Assembly (NCBI RefSeq): GCF_964355755.1
Contig: NC_092670.1
Coordinates: forward strand, 25,034,795-25,098,794
Direction of reading: 5' to 3'
Length of the DNA: 64,000 nucleotides
From: Antedon mediterranea
Taxonomy: Eukaryota; Animalia; Echinodermata
Under the pieces are notes generated by a model. The model saw only the letters and a list, made by a program, of their open reading frames with translations, was not told the origin of the DNA and did not search any database. The position numbers and the translations under genes were made by a program. Positions 62,850 to 64,000 of this stretch are shown in pieces (within the stretch, counting starts at the first letter, position 1; each line of letters opens with the position of its first letter).

Positions 62850-63657
62850 TTTGATTTTCTTTGTATTTATGATGTTTATATTTCAGCCGTTTTAAACACT
62901 TTGTAAAGATCTAACATTTTATATCAACATTATTGTACTGTTGCTAAGTGTATAGTGTGAGTATGTCTCTGTTACTAATACATGTCACGTATACCATTTA
63001 ATACTATACTTTCACAGCGGTGAAAAGGTGAATTTAGGGCTAGAATTAAGCTAAAGTGCAACTCCACATGGCCAGGATCATGCTTAGTAATTCTTACAAC
63101 AAAAAAACACAAGAATGTTTTGACTTTTTCGTTGTTATCCTACAACCTGAAGAAGACGGTGTTTGCTCTCAGAAGAAGGTTGTAAAATAACAAACGAAAC
63201 GTTTTTGAAAACATAGAGTACTGCACACCCTACTTTACTGGTTATATATTATCTAATCAATAATGAAAGCTGGTCGATAATGTTTTTAATGAATTTATTA
63301 TGTTATTGTAAATGATCCTTATTTTTATTTTTGAGTTATACCTATGTACAGTATTTTGTGAAAGTTAAATACTCAAATAAACACAAAATTATTAATTTAA
63401 TATACTTTGATGCAGTGTTTGATTTTTTGTTGTGAATAACGTCCGTTCAAATGCTAAAAATGGTTTAGCCGTTTCATTTTTAGCGAAAAAACAGCATGTG
63501 CACCATAACACACATAACCTAAATACTGTACATCTAACACTATAAAAAATCTCGGTTTTACAGGTAAGACAAATTGTTACAATCAATTGTAGTGACTCAG
63601 TGGTGATTTTTACTTGGCAAAATTTCCTTTTTCCAAGTATAGTATGCTTGTTAGCAC

Positions 63658-64000
63658 GATAGCTATTGTGCTATAGATAGTTATTGTGCTATAGATAGCT
63701 ATTGTGCTATAGATAGTTATTGTGCTATAGATAGTTATTGTGCTATAGATAGCTATTGTGCTATAGATATTGTGCTATAGATAGTTATTGTGCTATAGAT
63801 AGCTATTGTGCTATAGATAGCTATTGTGCTATAGATAGCTATTGTGCTATAGATAGCTATTGTGCTATAGATAGCTATTGTGCTATAGATAGCTATTGTG
63901 CTATAGATAGCTATTGTGCTATAGATAGCTATTGTGCTATAGATAGCTATTGTGCTATAGATAGCTATTGTGCTATAGATAGCTATTGTGCTATAGATAG
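63658..64000 (+). repeat. 18-bp minisatellite (AGCTATTGTGCTATAGAT)n, runs off the window
   Basis: About 19 near-identical units with C/T variants and one short unit. Confidence 0.95.

Noticed and set aside
63658-64000. CRISPR-like array
   Set aside because: Head-to-tail 18-bp units with no spacers, in eukaryotic DNA with no cas genes.

Overview
AT-rich, intron-containing animal genomic DNA. An echinoderm-like marine invertebrate is a guess from gene and TE content. Four host gene types are present: the 3' part of TSC2/tuberin (+, 16 coding exons, 390-12008); two 3-exon HNK-1ST/CHST11-family carbohydrate sulfotransferase paralogs (-, 12591-20954 and 35621-47257), made by a tandem duplication that also copied the tail of TSC2; a 4-exon gene encoding a DED-DED-Death domain protein with no caspase domain (+, 54800-56334); and WBP11 (+, 57639-62849). 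The rest is densely packed with transposable elements. These include a very young Penelope-like insertion forming an 857-bp inverted repeat with two hammerhead ribozyme motifs and a 15-bp TSD, an L2-like RT, and a full-length but decayed L1/Tx1 with three nested insertions. That L1 splits an older LINE ORF carrying a signal peptide-like segment, a 2A-like motif and a PHD finger. Two Helitrons, HINEs, Deu/Nin-domain SINEs, several MITEs and a terminal 18-bp minisatellite complete the window. All calls come from manual reading and translation; no searches were run.
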